Part shown: positions 19,397 through 28,425 of the stretch, piece by piece | How the letters are laid out: each line of letters opens with the position of its first letter | Numbering within the stretch: position 1 is the first letter of the stretch | Source: Thermodesulfobacteriota bacterium | Lineage (GTDB): Bacteria > Desulfobacterota_D > UBA1144 > Nemesobacterales > Nemesobacteraceae | Assembly (NCBI GenBank): GCA_965243595.1 | Contig: OZ251569.1 | Span: 2,180,203-2,244,202, forward strand | DNA length: 64,000 bases | Direction: 5' to 3' | Made by a program: the position numbers and the translations under genes | Notes under the pieces: generated by a model | What the model was told of the DNA's origin: nothing | Database searches by the model: none | What the model saw: only the letters and a program-made list of their open reading frames with translations

Positions 19397-20824
19397 GTGA
19401 CGAAAGACGAGAAATCCGGCGGCGGCGCGTCCCCGCAAAAGGTCCTGCCCCGCCTTTTCGAAAACACGTTCCTGCGCTTCTCCGGCCGGGCGGCTCCGAG
19501 GCGGGCCGACGGCGAGCCGCTCTGCGACCTTCTGGCGGCCCTGGGCGGCCGCGTCCTGGTTTTCTGCGAAACCGACGGAGAGGCGTTTCGGGCGGCCGGG
19601 AAAGAGACGCGGGCCGCGGCGTGGAAGAGGTGGAGAAACGAGATTCTCGCCCCCGAGCTCGCGAGGCTTCGGGAAGCGGAGGCGTACTTGAAAAGCGGCG
19701 CGGACGTCCTCGCCGGCCGACGGGGGGAAAAGTCCTTTTCTCCCGGCGCGGCCGCGGGCGTCTCCGTTCACAAGATCGCCGTGGTGCCCGACCTCCGGCG
19801 GTTCTCCGAAAGATTCCCGCGCGGGCGGGCGCGGAGAATCGCCTCCCGCTACGGGTATCCCGTCGGGAACTCGCCCGCGGGGCAGTTCCGCGCCGGGCTC
19901 CCCAAGAAGGAAATGCCGCACGTGATCGACGCCCCCGCCCTGGAAATCCTTCTCCGGGAACTGGACACGTTCACCGACTTCGCCGACTACCTGGCGGAGA
20001 AGGAGACGGCGGCGCGGGAGATGGAATCCATCGAGTACAGGGGCGAGGAGAACCTCCTGGCGGACTACCTGCTGGGCTACGAGGAGGAGTTCGGAAAGTG
20101 CCTGATAAGCCCTCCCGAGGTGCGCGCGGCGAACGAGCGGCTCGCGGAGGCGTCTCTCGAGGGTCTTTCCCCGCCCGAGCGGCCGGAGACTTCCTCCGGC
20201 GAGTCCCTGCGGGGCTGGTACCTGGTTCTCGAGGGAAACGAGTGGGAGGAGTTTTTCGGGTCCGAGCCCTACGCTAGGGGCAAGAGGCTCGACGGGGAGT
20301 CCCGCATGTGGGACGAATTCATCCTGGCCGCGCGGCGGAACTTCGAGGAAGGAACGGTGATTCCGGCCGTGTGCCCCGAGAGGGTAAGCGATCCCGTGGA
20401 GGCGATGGCGGAGGAACCGAGGGCGTCGCGCATCGGTCTCGTGAGAGCGATACGCGAGACGGCGGCAGGGATCGCGAGGGACCGGGAGGCGGCGACCGCG
20501 GTCTTTTTCCCCGGAGGGCGGGAGCGCGGAAAGTGCTGCGTGGTTCTCTGGCTCGAGTGTCCCGACCGGGTGGACCCCTCGACCGACTACAGGCTGATCA
20601 GGCGCGAGGCTCTCGAGCACTGCTGCGCGGCGGCGAGGGAGCAGTACCCCGGCCTGGAAAAAGCCGTGGGCGCGGCCCTGGAGATGCCGGGGCGCGAAAA
20701 AGGGGTTCCCGACGACTTCATACTCTTCGACTTCTCCGGATGGGACGGGGACGACCGCAAGCCCTTCGACCTGGAAAAATTCGGCCCGGAGGCCTTCGTC
20801 GTGCGGCGGGAGGCGAGGGGTTGA
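19397..20824 (+). CDS. NERD-like family protein, paralog 3
   Basis: 475 aa; LFENTFL, PLCDLL, ELDTFTDF..EKE, YRGEENLLA, EEPRASR, LEHCC, PDDFILFD. Confidence 0.78.
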   Translation: MTKDEKSGGGASPQKVLPRLFENTFLRFSGRAAPRRADGEPLCDLLAALGGRVLVFCETDGEAFRAAGKETRAAAWKRWRNEILAPELARLREAEAYLKSGADVLAGRRGEKSFSPGAAAGVSVHKIAVVPDLRRFSERFPRGRARRIASRYGYPVGNSPAGQFRAGLPKKEMPHVIDAPALEILLRELDTFTDFADYLAEKETAAREMESIEYRGEENLLADYLLGYEEEFGKCLISPPEVRAANERLAEASLEGLSPPERPETSSGESLRGWYLVLEGNEWEEFFGSEPYARGKRLDGESRMWDEFILAARRNFEEGTVIPAVCPERVSDPVEAMAEEPRASRIGLVRAIRETAAGIARDREAATAVFFPGGRERGKCCVVLWLECPDRVDPSTDYRLIRREALEHCCAAAREQYPGLEKAVGAALEMPGREKGVPDDFILFDFSGWDGDDRKPFDLEKFGPEAFVVRREARG

Positions 20825-23640
20825 CCAAAGACGCAAAACTCCCGGCCGCGCTCGCGGAACTCGCCGAAAACACCTTTCTCCGGTTCTGCGCGTGGAAGAA
20901 TCCGCGCCGCGAAGACGGAACTCCTCTCTGCGACCTGATGGTCGCGGCGGACGAGCACGTGCTGCTGTTCTTCGAGTCTCCCGACGGAAACGGGAGGGAA
21001 GACGGGACGGATCCCGAGGCCGCGTGGGAGGCGTGGAGGGAGAGGGCGGTGGACTCCCAGGTCGAGCGGGCCCTCGGCGCGGAGGAATACATGAGAAGCG
21101 GGGCGCGCGCGCTGCTCGACCCCGAGGGAATCTGCTCCTTCGCCACCGCTCCCGGCTCGGGGGCGCTGATTCACCTTTTCGTCGCGGCGGAGTTTCCGGG
21201 CCCGGCGGGAGGAGACGGCGGGAGAATCCTCTACCGCTACGGCGAACGTCCCGGGAGGCTTCCCTTCGTCCTCGATCTCGACAGCGCGCTGCCCGTTCAC
21301 GTGATCGACGGCGACGCCCGCGCGGTCTTCGGAGAGCTCGACACGGTTTTCGATTTCTGCGCGTACGCAGACGCGAAGGAACGGGCGGTCGCGAGACACG
21401 GAACCGTCGAGTACTCCTCGGAAAAAGACCTGCTGGCCGAGTACGCCGAGGGGGAAGAGACCCGGGACGGGGAACTCGCGATCGGCCCCGCGGAGGAGAA
21501 TCTTCCCCTCTTCCGCGCGACGGAGGGGAAATGGGAGGATTTCGTCGGCTCGGGACGCCGCGCGGAGCTTCGCGGCGAAGCGGCCCCCTCGTACCTCTGG
21601 GACGAGCTGATCGCCGGGGCTTTCGAAAGGGAGGAGAGCGACCCGGAGATATATTCCGCGGGTCCCGCGCGCGAGATGTCCATGGAGCCGCGCCTGGCGC
21701 GCCTCGATCTGGCCGAGGCGATCGTCGGCGCGAAGGAGCGCTTCGACCGCGACGCCGAAATAGGCGTCGACGTGTTCAGTTCCCCGTTCTACGAGGACAG
21801 GGCGTACGTGTTCCTGCAGTTCCCGTCCCCGCGCTCGCGGGAAGCCGCGGCGGAATTTCTCGGGCGCCGCCGGGAGGCTCTCGAATCCTGCTGCGCGGAG
21901 GCGCGGGAAACCGGCGAGGACGTGACGAAGGTGATAGGAATCGCCGCCGACCCGCCGGGCGCCTCCAACCCCCTTCCCGAGGACTTCGTCCTGCTGGACT
22001 TCTCCCCGTGGAGCGACGATGACATAGACGCCGCGCTGGAAGCGGAATTCGGGGAGGAGTGGCCGGACGAAGACCGGGACCCCGACGGGGATGAAGGGGA
22101 GGAGCAGGACGGGCGGGGGGAAGAGGAGTTCGTTCCCGACCTCTCGAAGGCCTACTCGGAGAGCTTTCTGCAGTGCGGACATCTCCACGTGGCCGACGCG
22201 TTCTGGAACCGCCTGGAACTGGACGGGACGCTCGCCGCGGCGGGACTCGACGAAACGGGTAGGCGCGCGGTGCGCGCCATGGCGATAAACAGGCTCATGG
22301 GACTCGAACCTCCCGAGCCTTCCTACAGGGCGGACGACGGCAGGAACTGGATTCCGGTTTCGGCCGCGGAGGACTACCTGGGCAGGGACCTCGACAAGAT
22401 CCCCCCGGAAGCGCTCGAGAGAAACCTCCGCGCCCTGCGCGAAGGCATTGGGGCGGTGGAGGCGGAACTGAGAAAGAGGGAGCGCGAACTGTACGGCCTC
22501 GACGACGAAGTGTTTCTCTGCGATCTCGTCCGCGCGGAGTTTTTCGACGAACCCCGCCTCGGGCCGGGGGAGCGCGTTCTCGAGGTCGCCCTGGCCGTCG
22601 ACGCCCACGGGTTTCCGGCGGCCCACTCGACCGGCGAGGGAGCTCTCGAGACCGTGTTCGGGAAACTCGGGGAGATAGCGGACGGCGTCCCGACCGTGGT
22701 TCTCGCTCCCGGCGCCGCGGCCGCGGGAGGACTGGGACTGCTCCGTTCGCTCGGCATCCGCTACCTGGCGGCGGCCTCGGGGGCGGAGAGAAACGGGCTG
22801 CTCGCCCTTCTGGCCGGCGGGGCGGAGTTCTCCGACTCGGCCCGCGTGGAGACCTCGCGCTACGGCGCCCCCAGGAAAAATCCCGTCGAGGCGGCCGTCG
22901 CTCGCGCGGGAGGAGAGACGCTAGCGCTTTTCTCGGGAACGCCCGCGGCCGTGCGCAGGGACCGGCGGGAGAGGGAGAGGCGGGAGGAGAAGTTCGCTGA
23001 CGAAGCCGGAAGTCTGCTCGAGCGCGACGCCGCGGGAGAGTTCTCCGAACCGGACGAGGCGCGGCGGGAGCTTTCGAAGATCGAGGGACGCTATCCCCGG
23101 GTGGCCCGCTACGCGCGCGCGGTCCGGGACCCCTTGAGCGGGCGCGTGTCCCTGGACGCGGACCCGGAGGGGCGGGAGGCGGCCGAGCGCCTGGACGGAA
23201 GCGGAGTCGCGCGCACCGACCGCGGCGACATGGGGGCCGAGCGGATATGGCGGACCCTGGACCTTCTCAGGTGGAGCGACGCGGCGTTTCGAAGCGCGAG
23301 GAACCCGTTTCCCAGGATGTCGTTTTTCCCGCAGGTGGAAATCGAGGCCGAGGACCACGCGCTTCTCTGCGTGCTCGCCCGGCACCTGGCCGCGGCCGTC
23401 GAGAAAACGCTTCTCGACGCGGGAGAGCGCGAGGGGTGGAAGACCGTGCGCGAGTCGCTTCGGGCCCACGGCGCGACCACCATGGTGGTGCCCATGGGAG
23501 ACGGAACGGAACGATGCGTGCGCGCCTCCTCGGTTCCCCGCGGGCGCTTCGGGGAGCTTTACCGCCTCCTCGGAGTGGACGGCGAGGCGTTCGCCGGCGA
23601 GGCATGGACCAGAAAGGAAGAACCCCGGGACAAGTGGTAG
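20821..23640 (+). CDS. Fusion: NERD-like paralog 4 + acidic linker + degenerate IS1634-type transposase domain
   Basis: Start set at TTG 20821 (TTGA overlap with the upstream stop). N-half has LCDLMV, ELDTVFDF, SYLWDELI, FYEDRAYVFLQ, PEDFVLLD; linker DEDRDPDGDEGEEQD; C-half GHLHVADAFWNRLELD..AMAINRL..LCDL..VDAHGFP..ERLDG..RTD..IWRT..AFR..HALLCVLA..W.TVRE.L.AH follows IS1634 transposases. Confidence 0.72.
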   Translation: MTKDAKLPAALAELAENTFLRFCAWKNPRREDGTPLCDLMVAADEHVLLFFESPDGNGREDGTDPEAAWEAWRERAVDSQVERALGAEEYMRSGARALLDPEGICSFATAPGSGALIHLFVAAEFPGPAGGDGGRILYRYGERPGRLPFVLDLDSALPVHVIDGDARAVFGELDTVFDFCAYADAKERAVARHGTVEYSSEKDLLAEYAEGEETRDGELAIGPAEENLPLFRATEGKWEDFVGSGRRAELRGEAAPSYLWDELIAGAFEREESDPEIYSAGPAREMSMEPRLARLDLAEAIVGAKERFDRDAEIGVDVFSSPFYEDRAYVFLQFPSPRSREAAAEFLGRRREALESCCAEARETGEDVTKVIGIAADPPGASNPLPEDFVLLDFSPWSDDDIDAALEAEFGEEWPDEDRDPDGDEGEEQDGRGEEEFVPDLSKAYSESFLQCGHLHVADAFWNRLELDGTLAAAGLDETGRRAVRAMAINRLMGLEPPEPSYRADDGRNWIPVSAAEDYLGRDLDKIPPEALERNLRALREGIGAVEAELRKRERELYGLDDEVFLCDLVRAEFFDEPRLGPGERVLEVALAVDAHGFPAAHSTGEGALETVFGKLGEIADGVPTVVLAPGAAAAGGLGLLRSLGIRYLAAASGAERNGLLALLAGGAEFSDSARVETSRYGAPRKNPVEAAVARAGGETLALFSGTPAAVRRDRRERERREEKFADEAGSLLERDAAGEFSEPDEARRELSKIEGRYPRVARYARAVRDPLSGRVSLDADPEGREAAERLDGSGVARTDRGDMGAERIWRTLDLLRWSDAAFRSARNPFPRMSFFPQVEIEAEDHALLCVLARHLAAAVEKTLLDAGEREGWKTVRESLRAHGATTMVVPMGDGTERCVRASSVPRGRFGELYRLLGVDGEAFAGEAWTRKEEPRDKW

Positions 23641-23722
23641 GGGAGGAACCAGGGAGAAACGCAAAACCGCCCCCTCGGGCGGTCCGGACCCGCGGAGCGG
23701 ACGGCGGGAGAGACGCGCCGAG

Positions 23723-26068
23723 ATGAGAGAAAACGGGGAAAAGGACGGGCGGGAGCCGAAAGACCCCCTCTCGGAGGTGGAGAGGCTGCTGCGCTCGATA
23801 GACCGCCCGGGAAACTACTGCGCCGGGGGGCGGATGTTCGCCCCGATGCCCGCGCTGGAAGCGAAAGGCGCCGCTCCGCTTTCCTTTCCCGTTTCCCGGG
23901 AGCGGGCCGAAGAGCTTTTTTCCCTCGGGCGCCTCTCTCCCTTCGGAAAGGGAACCGAAACCCTCCTCGACGAGAGCGTGAGAAGCAGCAGGGAATTCGA
24001 CCCCGGGGAGATAAGCCTCGGGGGCGGGGGATGGGAAAAGACCGTGCGGGACCTGAAGGACGCGGCCGCCGAAGGTCTCGGCTGTCCGCGCGACCGGCTC
24101 GAAGCCGAGTTCCACAAGCTCCTGGTCTACGCGCCCGGAGGGTTTTTTCTCTCCCACCGGGACACGGAGAAAAGCGAGGGAATGGTGGGAACGCTGGTCG
24201 CGTCCCTTCCGGTCGCGGGAGGGAGCAGCGGCGGGGAGATAGAGGTGCGCCACGGGGAGAAGGAAACTTCCCTCGACATGAGCGGCTCGGGCGACCCTTC
24301 GGAGATCGCGTGGGCGGCCTTCTACGCCGACTGTCCCCACGAGGTGCGACCCGTGACGGAAGGATACAGGATAACGCTCGTGTTCAACCTCCTGCTTCGA
24401 AACGGCGGGGGGCTTCGGGCGGCCGACTTCGACCGCGCGGAGCGGGAGATGACGCGCGCGCTTTCGGCCTGGAGAGAGACGGCGGGGAGAACCGAAAAGA
24501 TAATCGCGCTGCTCGACCACGACTACAGCGAGGCGGGCCTTTCGTTCGAATCGCTCAAGAACGCGGACGCTTCGGTCGCCCGGGTCCTGACGCGGGCGGC
24601 CGCGGAGTCGGGCTGCGAGATTCACGCGGCGCTTCTGGACGTCTACGAGTCGGCCCAGCCCGAGTACGACAGGTACGGAGCCTGTCCGCCGGGCGAAAGC
24701 GCGTTCGCCGGGGAGAATCTTGTGGACTGCGGCTACGATCTCGAGAACTTCGCGGCGCCCGACGGGTCGAAACCCGGCTTCGGAAAAGTTCCTTTCGAGA
24801 AGGAGGAAATCCTGCCCCGGGGCTCCCTGGCCGGACGCGAACCGTACGAGGAGGGGATGGACGACGAGTGGCTGGGAAACGCCGAAGCCACGTACGACCG
24901 GGTCTACCGGCTGACGGGGCTTGCGCTCTGGCCCCGGAAAAACACCCTGTTCGTCGTGGCCTCGGGGAGCAGGGCCAGGGCCGTCGGGTACGCCGAAACG
25001 CTCGCCGGGCGAAACGACGAGGCGGCGCGGGAGGTCGCCTCGCTGCTTCCGCAAATGTGGCGCGGCGAGAAAGTCCACCGCGGTTCGGGTTCGGGGCTCG
25101 CCCCGGCTGTGGACCTGCTCGTGGAAACGGGCGACGTCTCAACCCTCGAAGAACTGCTCGCGGTCGCCGTGACTCCCCACTACGACGCGTCTCTCGAAGA
25201 CCGCGTGCGGACGGCTCTCGAAGCGGTCGGGCCGGAGGCGGGCGGAGCCGTTCCCGCCGGGATCGTCCGGGCCAATTTCGGCGAAAAGACCGGGGCCGTC
25301 GCGGCCCTGGCGGAGAATCTCTGCCGCGGGCTCGGCGGGAGCGGGGAGTGGCGCGGGGCACTGCTCGGGATGTGCGGGGAAATTTCCCGCGCCTTCCGCG
25401 GGATCCTCGCCGAGAGGAAAAAGAGCGGCGCGTGGAAACGGCCCCGAATGGAAAGGCTCTCCCCGGGAGACCTGCGAAACCTCTTCGCCCCCCTCCTGCT
25501 TATGAACCTCGGGGAAGAGGCGGCGCGGACGGCCGACATGCTTCTCGACGACCCCGAGGCCCCGAGCCCCGACCGCGTGATTCCGCGCGCGCTTGAAACG
25601 CTGGCCGAATTCCGCGGGTCGGAAGCCTTTTCGCGCTTCTGGAAAACCTCGGCGGCCTTTCTTCTCGAACGCAGCCGGAAACCGCCCGAGAAGCCTTCGG
25701 ACTGGGCGATAGTCTCGGGGAAAGGCTGCGGCTGCGAGGATTGCGCCCGGCTCGAAGAATTCTGCGAAGACCCCGTCGCGACCGAACGTCGTTTCACGGC
25801 CCCCCAGGCGCGCCGCGAGCACCTGGTCCTCGTCATCGAGCACGACTCTCTGGACATCGACACGCGGACGGAAAAGAAAAACAGGCCTTACACGCTCGTC
25901 TGCGAAAAGAACCGCGCGAGCCACGAGCGTCGCCGGAAGCAGTACGCGGAAGACGTAATCGAGATGGAAAGACTCGCCGCCGCGGCCCCGCCCTCCGCCG
26001 GGGAACTTCTCGGGAATCTCCTCGAGGCGGTCGGAAAAAGCCGACCTCCCCGGGAGAGTATCTCCTGA
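23723..26068 (+). CDS. 2OG-Fe(II) oxygenase domain protein with long C-terminal extension
   Basis: 781 aa; HKLLVYAPGGFFLSHRDTEK (HxD), GGEIEVRH, AFYADCPHEVRPVTEGYRITLVFNL (distal His, Arg); C-terminal CGCEDC and RPYTLVCEKN. Confidence 0.85.
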   Translation: MRENGEKDGREPKDPLSEVERLLRSIDRPGNYCAGGRMFAPMPALEAKGAAPLSFPVSRERAEELFSLGRLSPFGKGTETLLDESVRSSREFDPGEISLGGGGWEKTVRDLKDAAAEGLGCPRDRLEAEFHKLLVYAPGGFFLSHRDTEKSEGMVGTLVASLPVAGGSSGGEIEVRHGEKETSLDMSGSGDPSEIAWAAFYADCPHEVRPVTEGYRITLVFNLLLRNGGGLRAADFDRAEREMTRALSAWRETAGRTEKIIALLDHDYSEAGLSFESLKNADASVARVLTRAAAESGCEIHAALLDVYESAQPEYDRYGACPPGESAFAGENLVDCGYDLENFAAPDGSKPGFGKVPFEKEEILPRGSLAGREPYEEGMDDEWLGNAEATYDRVYRLTGLALWPRKNTLFVVASGSRARAVGYAETLAGRNDEAAREVASLLPQMWRGEKVHRGSGSGLAPAVDLLVETGDVSTLEELLAVAVTPHYDASLEDRVRTALEAVGPEAGGAVPAGIVRANFGEKTGAVAALAENLCRGLGGSGEWRGALLGMCGEISRAFRGILAERKKSGAWKRPRMERLSPGDLRNLFAPLLLMNLGEEAARTADMLLDDPEAPSPDRVIPRALETLAEFRGSEAFSRFWKTSAAFLLERSRKPPEKPSDWAIVSGKGCGCEDCARLEEFCEDPVATERRFTAPQARREHLVLVIEHDSLDIDTRTEKKNRPYTLVCEKNRASHERRRKQYAEDVIEMERLAAAAPPSAGELLGNLLEAVGKSRPPRESIS

Positions 26069-26116
26069 AGCGGAAACCGTGCCGGCTGGCCGGGTCCGTT
26101 TCGAGCCGAACTTTTC

Positions 26117-26740
26117 TTGAACGGTTCGGAAGGCATTTCACAGGGGGAAGGCATGGAGGTCGACCGCGACAAGACAGGGCGGGAGGCGAAGCTTTACGGC
26201 ATCCGGGTTCTTCAGACCGGCAGCTCCGCTTCCGCCGCCCGCATGGCGCGGCGGCACAAGAATCTGCGGCGGGCAGAATGCCTGTTTCGGGCGGCCAAGT
26301 CCCTTCTGGGAACCCGGCCGGTGTATCGCCGCTGCGACGCTGCGATACGGGGACACATGTTCTGCTCGTTTCCGGCTTTGCTTCTGCGCGAGGAACCGTT
26401 GTGACGCACGGAGGACAAGGAGATAGAATCGGAGTGGAACGACGTCATCCGCAACCTCGACTCTCTTACCGAAACGAATATAGGGACAGGGGGAATAGCT
26501 TCGTCGCGCGCGGCGCGGCGAGGGGGGAAACCGGGGCGGTCTTGCGAAGCCCGGGACTTCGCCCGCATCCCGTCGTACGGCGTGAGGACGGTGGGGACTT
26601 CATCGAGAGGCAACCGGCCGCGGACCGACCGGCGGGCTTATCGCTTGGCGACGGAAAAAGCGGTTTGTAGTGCCACGGCGTTTTTTTGCCCTCGTAACCT
26701 CCTGTGACAAAACATCTTTTATTTTCAAACTGTTCAAAAA
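26117..26740 (+). mobile_element. IS1634-family transposase 3' relic (pseudogene)
   Basis: EAKLYGIRVLQT..HKNLRRAECLFRAAKSLLGTRPVYRRCDAAIRGHMFCSF.ALLLRE, then stops and frameshifts; ends approximate. Confidence 0.75.
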
Positions 26741-26845
26741 AAGCCAAAAGGTCTTGCGGCTCCGAGACGAGTCGGCCGCATCCGCCGGTACGTTTCCAGG
26801 CATCCGCGCAGCTATCGTCCCGAAACTGAAAATAAGGACGGAGAA

Positions 26846-27325
26846 ATGAGAACGACGCTTAACATAGACGACGAGCTTCTGGAGCAGGCGCTGAAATTGA
26901 CCAATATCACCTCAAAATCGGAGTTGATCAGAAGAGCTCCGAAAGCCCTCGTGGAAAAAGAAAGCGCATGGCGGCTCGCCAAGATGGGCGGAAGCCAGCC
27001 GGGTCTCAAGCCCATCACTCGCCGCTGTTTGCCGATGATCCCGACTGACGCTTCAGTATGGGTCGAGTATTCGCGCGGAAGAGAAAAAACCCTTGAACAA
27101 CTGCTTAAAACCAATCGGGTGTTTATACATCCTTTCGTCATCGGCGAGGTGGCCTGCGGCAATGTTGCGAACCGCGAAGGGGTTTTCTCAGTGCTTAAGT
27201 CCTTGCCCGCTCTCCCTGTAATATCCGATTACGAGGTGTTGCGTTTCATTGAACGAAACCGCACCGCAAAATCGACGGGAAGAATTATAGAATTTCCCAG
27301 ACGCAAACCGACGCGGACTAGTTGA
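26846..27325 (+). CDS. VapB antitoxin read through in frame into a truncated VapC (PIN)
   Basis: MRTTLNIDDELL..SELIRRA..ESAWRLAKMGGS (VapB), then MIPTDASVWVEY..HPFVIGEVACGN (VapC); the distal PIN acidic motifs are absent. Confidence 0.7.
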   Translation: MRTTLNIDDELLEQALKLTNITSKSELIRRAPKALVEKESAWRLAKMGGSQPGLKPITRRCLPMIPTDASVWVEYSRGREKTLEQLLKTNRVFIHPFVIGEVACGNVANREGVFSVLKSLPALPVISDYEVLRFIERNRTAKSTGRIIEFPRRKPTRTS

Positions 27326-27590
27326 GAATCTTTTTTCTGTAAATGTCTTTGCGGTGTCCTACGGCTACCGCTACCACGACAAGCTTTTCTTCGCGCTTGG
27401 CGCACAATACCCTGTAGTCGCCGACCCTGAATTTATACAGGTTTCCCTTGTAACCCGAGAGACGGGAAAGATGAAAGTCGGGATCGACCGAAAGCTTCCG
27501 CCTCAGGGCTCCGACGATATTCTCCCGAATGTCTCCGGGCAGTTTAAGAAGTTGCTTTCTCGCTTTTTTCGTCAGTTCGACCCGCCACAT
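27318..27590 (-). CDS. RelE/ParE-family toxin, copy 1
   Basis: MWRVELTKKARKQLLKL..LYKFRVGDYRVL..VAVGHRKDIY. Confidence 0.9.
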   Translation of the reverse strand: MWRVELTKKARKQLLKLPGDIRENIVGALRRKLSVDPDFHLSRLSGYKGNLYKFRVGDYRVLCAKREEKLVVVAVAVGHRKDIYRKKILN

Positions 27591-27594
27591 CCGA

Positions 27595-27855
27595 TCAGAT
27601 GCCAAGTTCCTTTTCTATTTCGGACAAAGGAATCGTTTCCTCTCCCGAAGCCAGAAACTCCTCGTAAGCGCGCATGCCTTCCTCGTAGTCTTCCATGTCC
27701 TCGAGCTTTCTCATCAAAAACAGTTCCAGACCCTTTCTCACGTAATAGCTCTTCGACCTCTCCTCGGCTTTCGATACCCTGTCGAGAATCTCGCCGAGCT
27801 CGGCGGATATCTGCGCAGAAACGCCTATCTTGTCCGACTCGTTAACCGTGCCCAT
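27595..27855 (-). CDS. RelB-like (RHH) antitoxin, copy 1
   Basis: 86 aa; LDRVSKAEERSKSYYVRKGLE..LEDMEDY..TIPLSEIEKELGI; directly upstream of relE. Confidence 0.85.
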   Translation of the reverse strand: MGTVNESDKIGVSAQISAELGEILDRVSKAEERSKSYYVRKGLELFLMRKLEDMEDYEEGMRAYEEFLASGEETIPLSEIEKELGI

Positions 27856-28111
27856 GTCGCTACCTCCTCGCCCGCGAATATAACAAGTTCTAACAACTTT
27901 CGCAAGATCTATGATCTTTATTGATTTTTGGTACCGTTACGGAAACGTATTGCGGCTTTGTCAGTATACGAGCAGCTTTTTCGGAGCGGACGCGAGGCGC
28001 TCCTGAAAACTGAATTCCGCGGATTCAGATTGCGGTCGGCGTCGCCGGGGAAGTCCCGGGCCCGGGGGCGGACGTCGAGGACGAATTCATTCTCTGATAT
28101 GATTTGACCTG

Positions 28112-28425
28112 TAAAGAGCTATCCGATAATTTTCACATATCGTTATAAAAGTATTGAAGCGAGGCGCGGTCGGACAGATTGCGACGGTGGATCAATCTGA
28201 TATGCGTGGGTTGGTTACCACAGGTCTTCACTGCGTCGCGGAGCTGGCCTTTGACTTCAAAGCAGGGATCGCCGCAAGGGAATGCTCTATCAGAGGTTAT
28301 CCCGTCGTTCGGCGCCCATTTAGAGCAAAGAAGGATTCTCCACACCGGTCTGACCGTGCCTTGCTTCAATGCTTATGTCTCTCCTTGTCGTGCATTTTAG
28401 TTTGAACCGATACGATTTATGTTCT
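28112..28425 (-). ncRNA. Putative bridge/seek RNA region in the IS110 3' non-coding end
   Basis: ~310-nt non-coding end downstream of the transposase; 23-bp enclosing inverted repeat (28153-28175 / 28348-28370); ctgatatg at 28197-28204 is identical to the element end 28094-28101. RNA boundaries unknown. Confidence 0.55.

Noticed and set aside
20308-20820. N-terminal extension of the 1110-aa ORF in the track
   Set aside because: It overlaps paralog 3 in another frame; family homology starts at TTG 20821.
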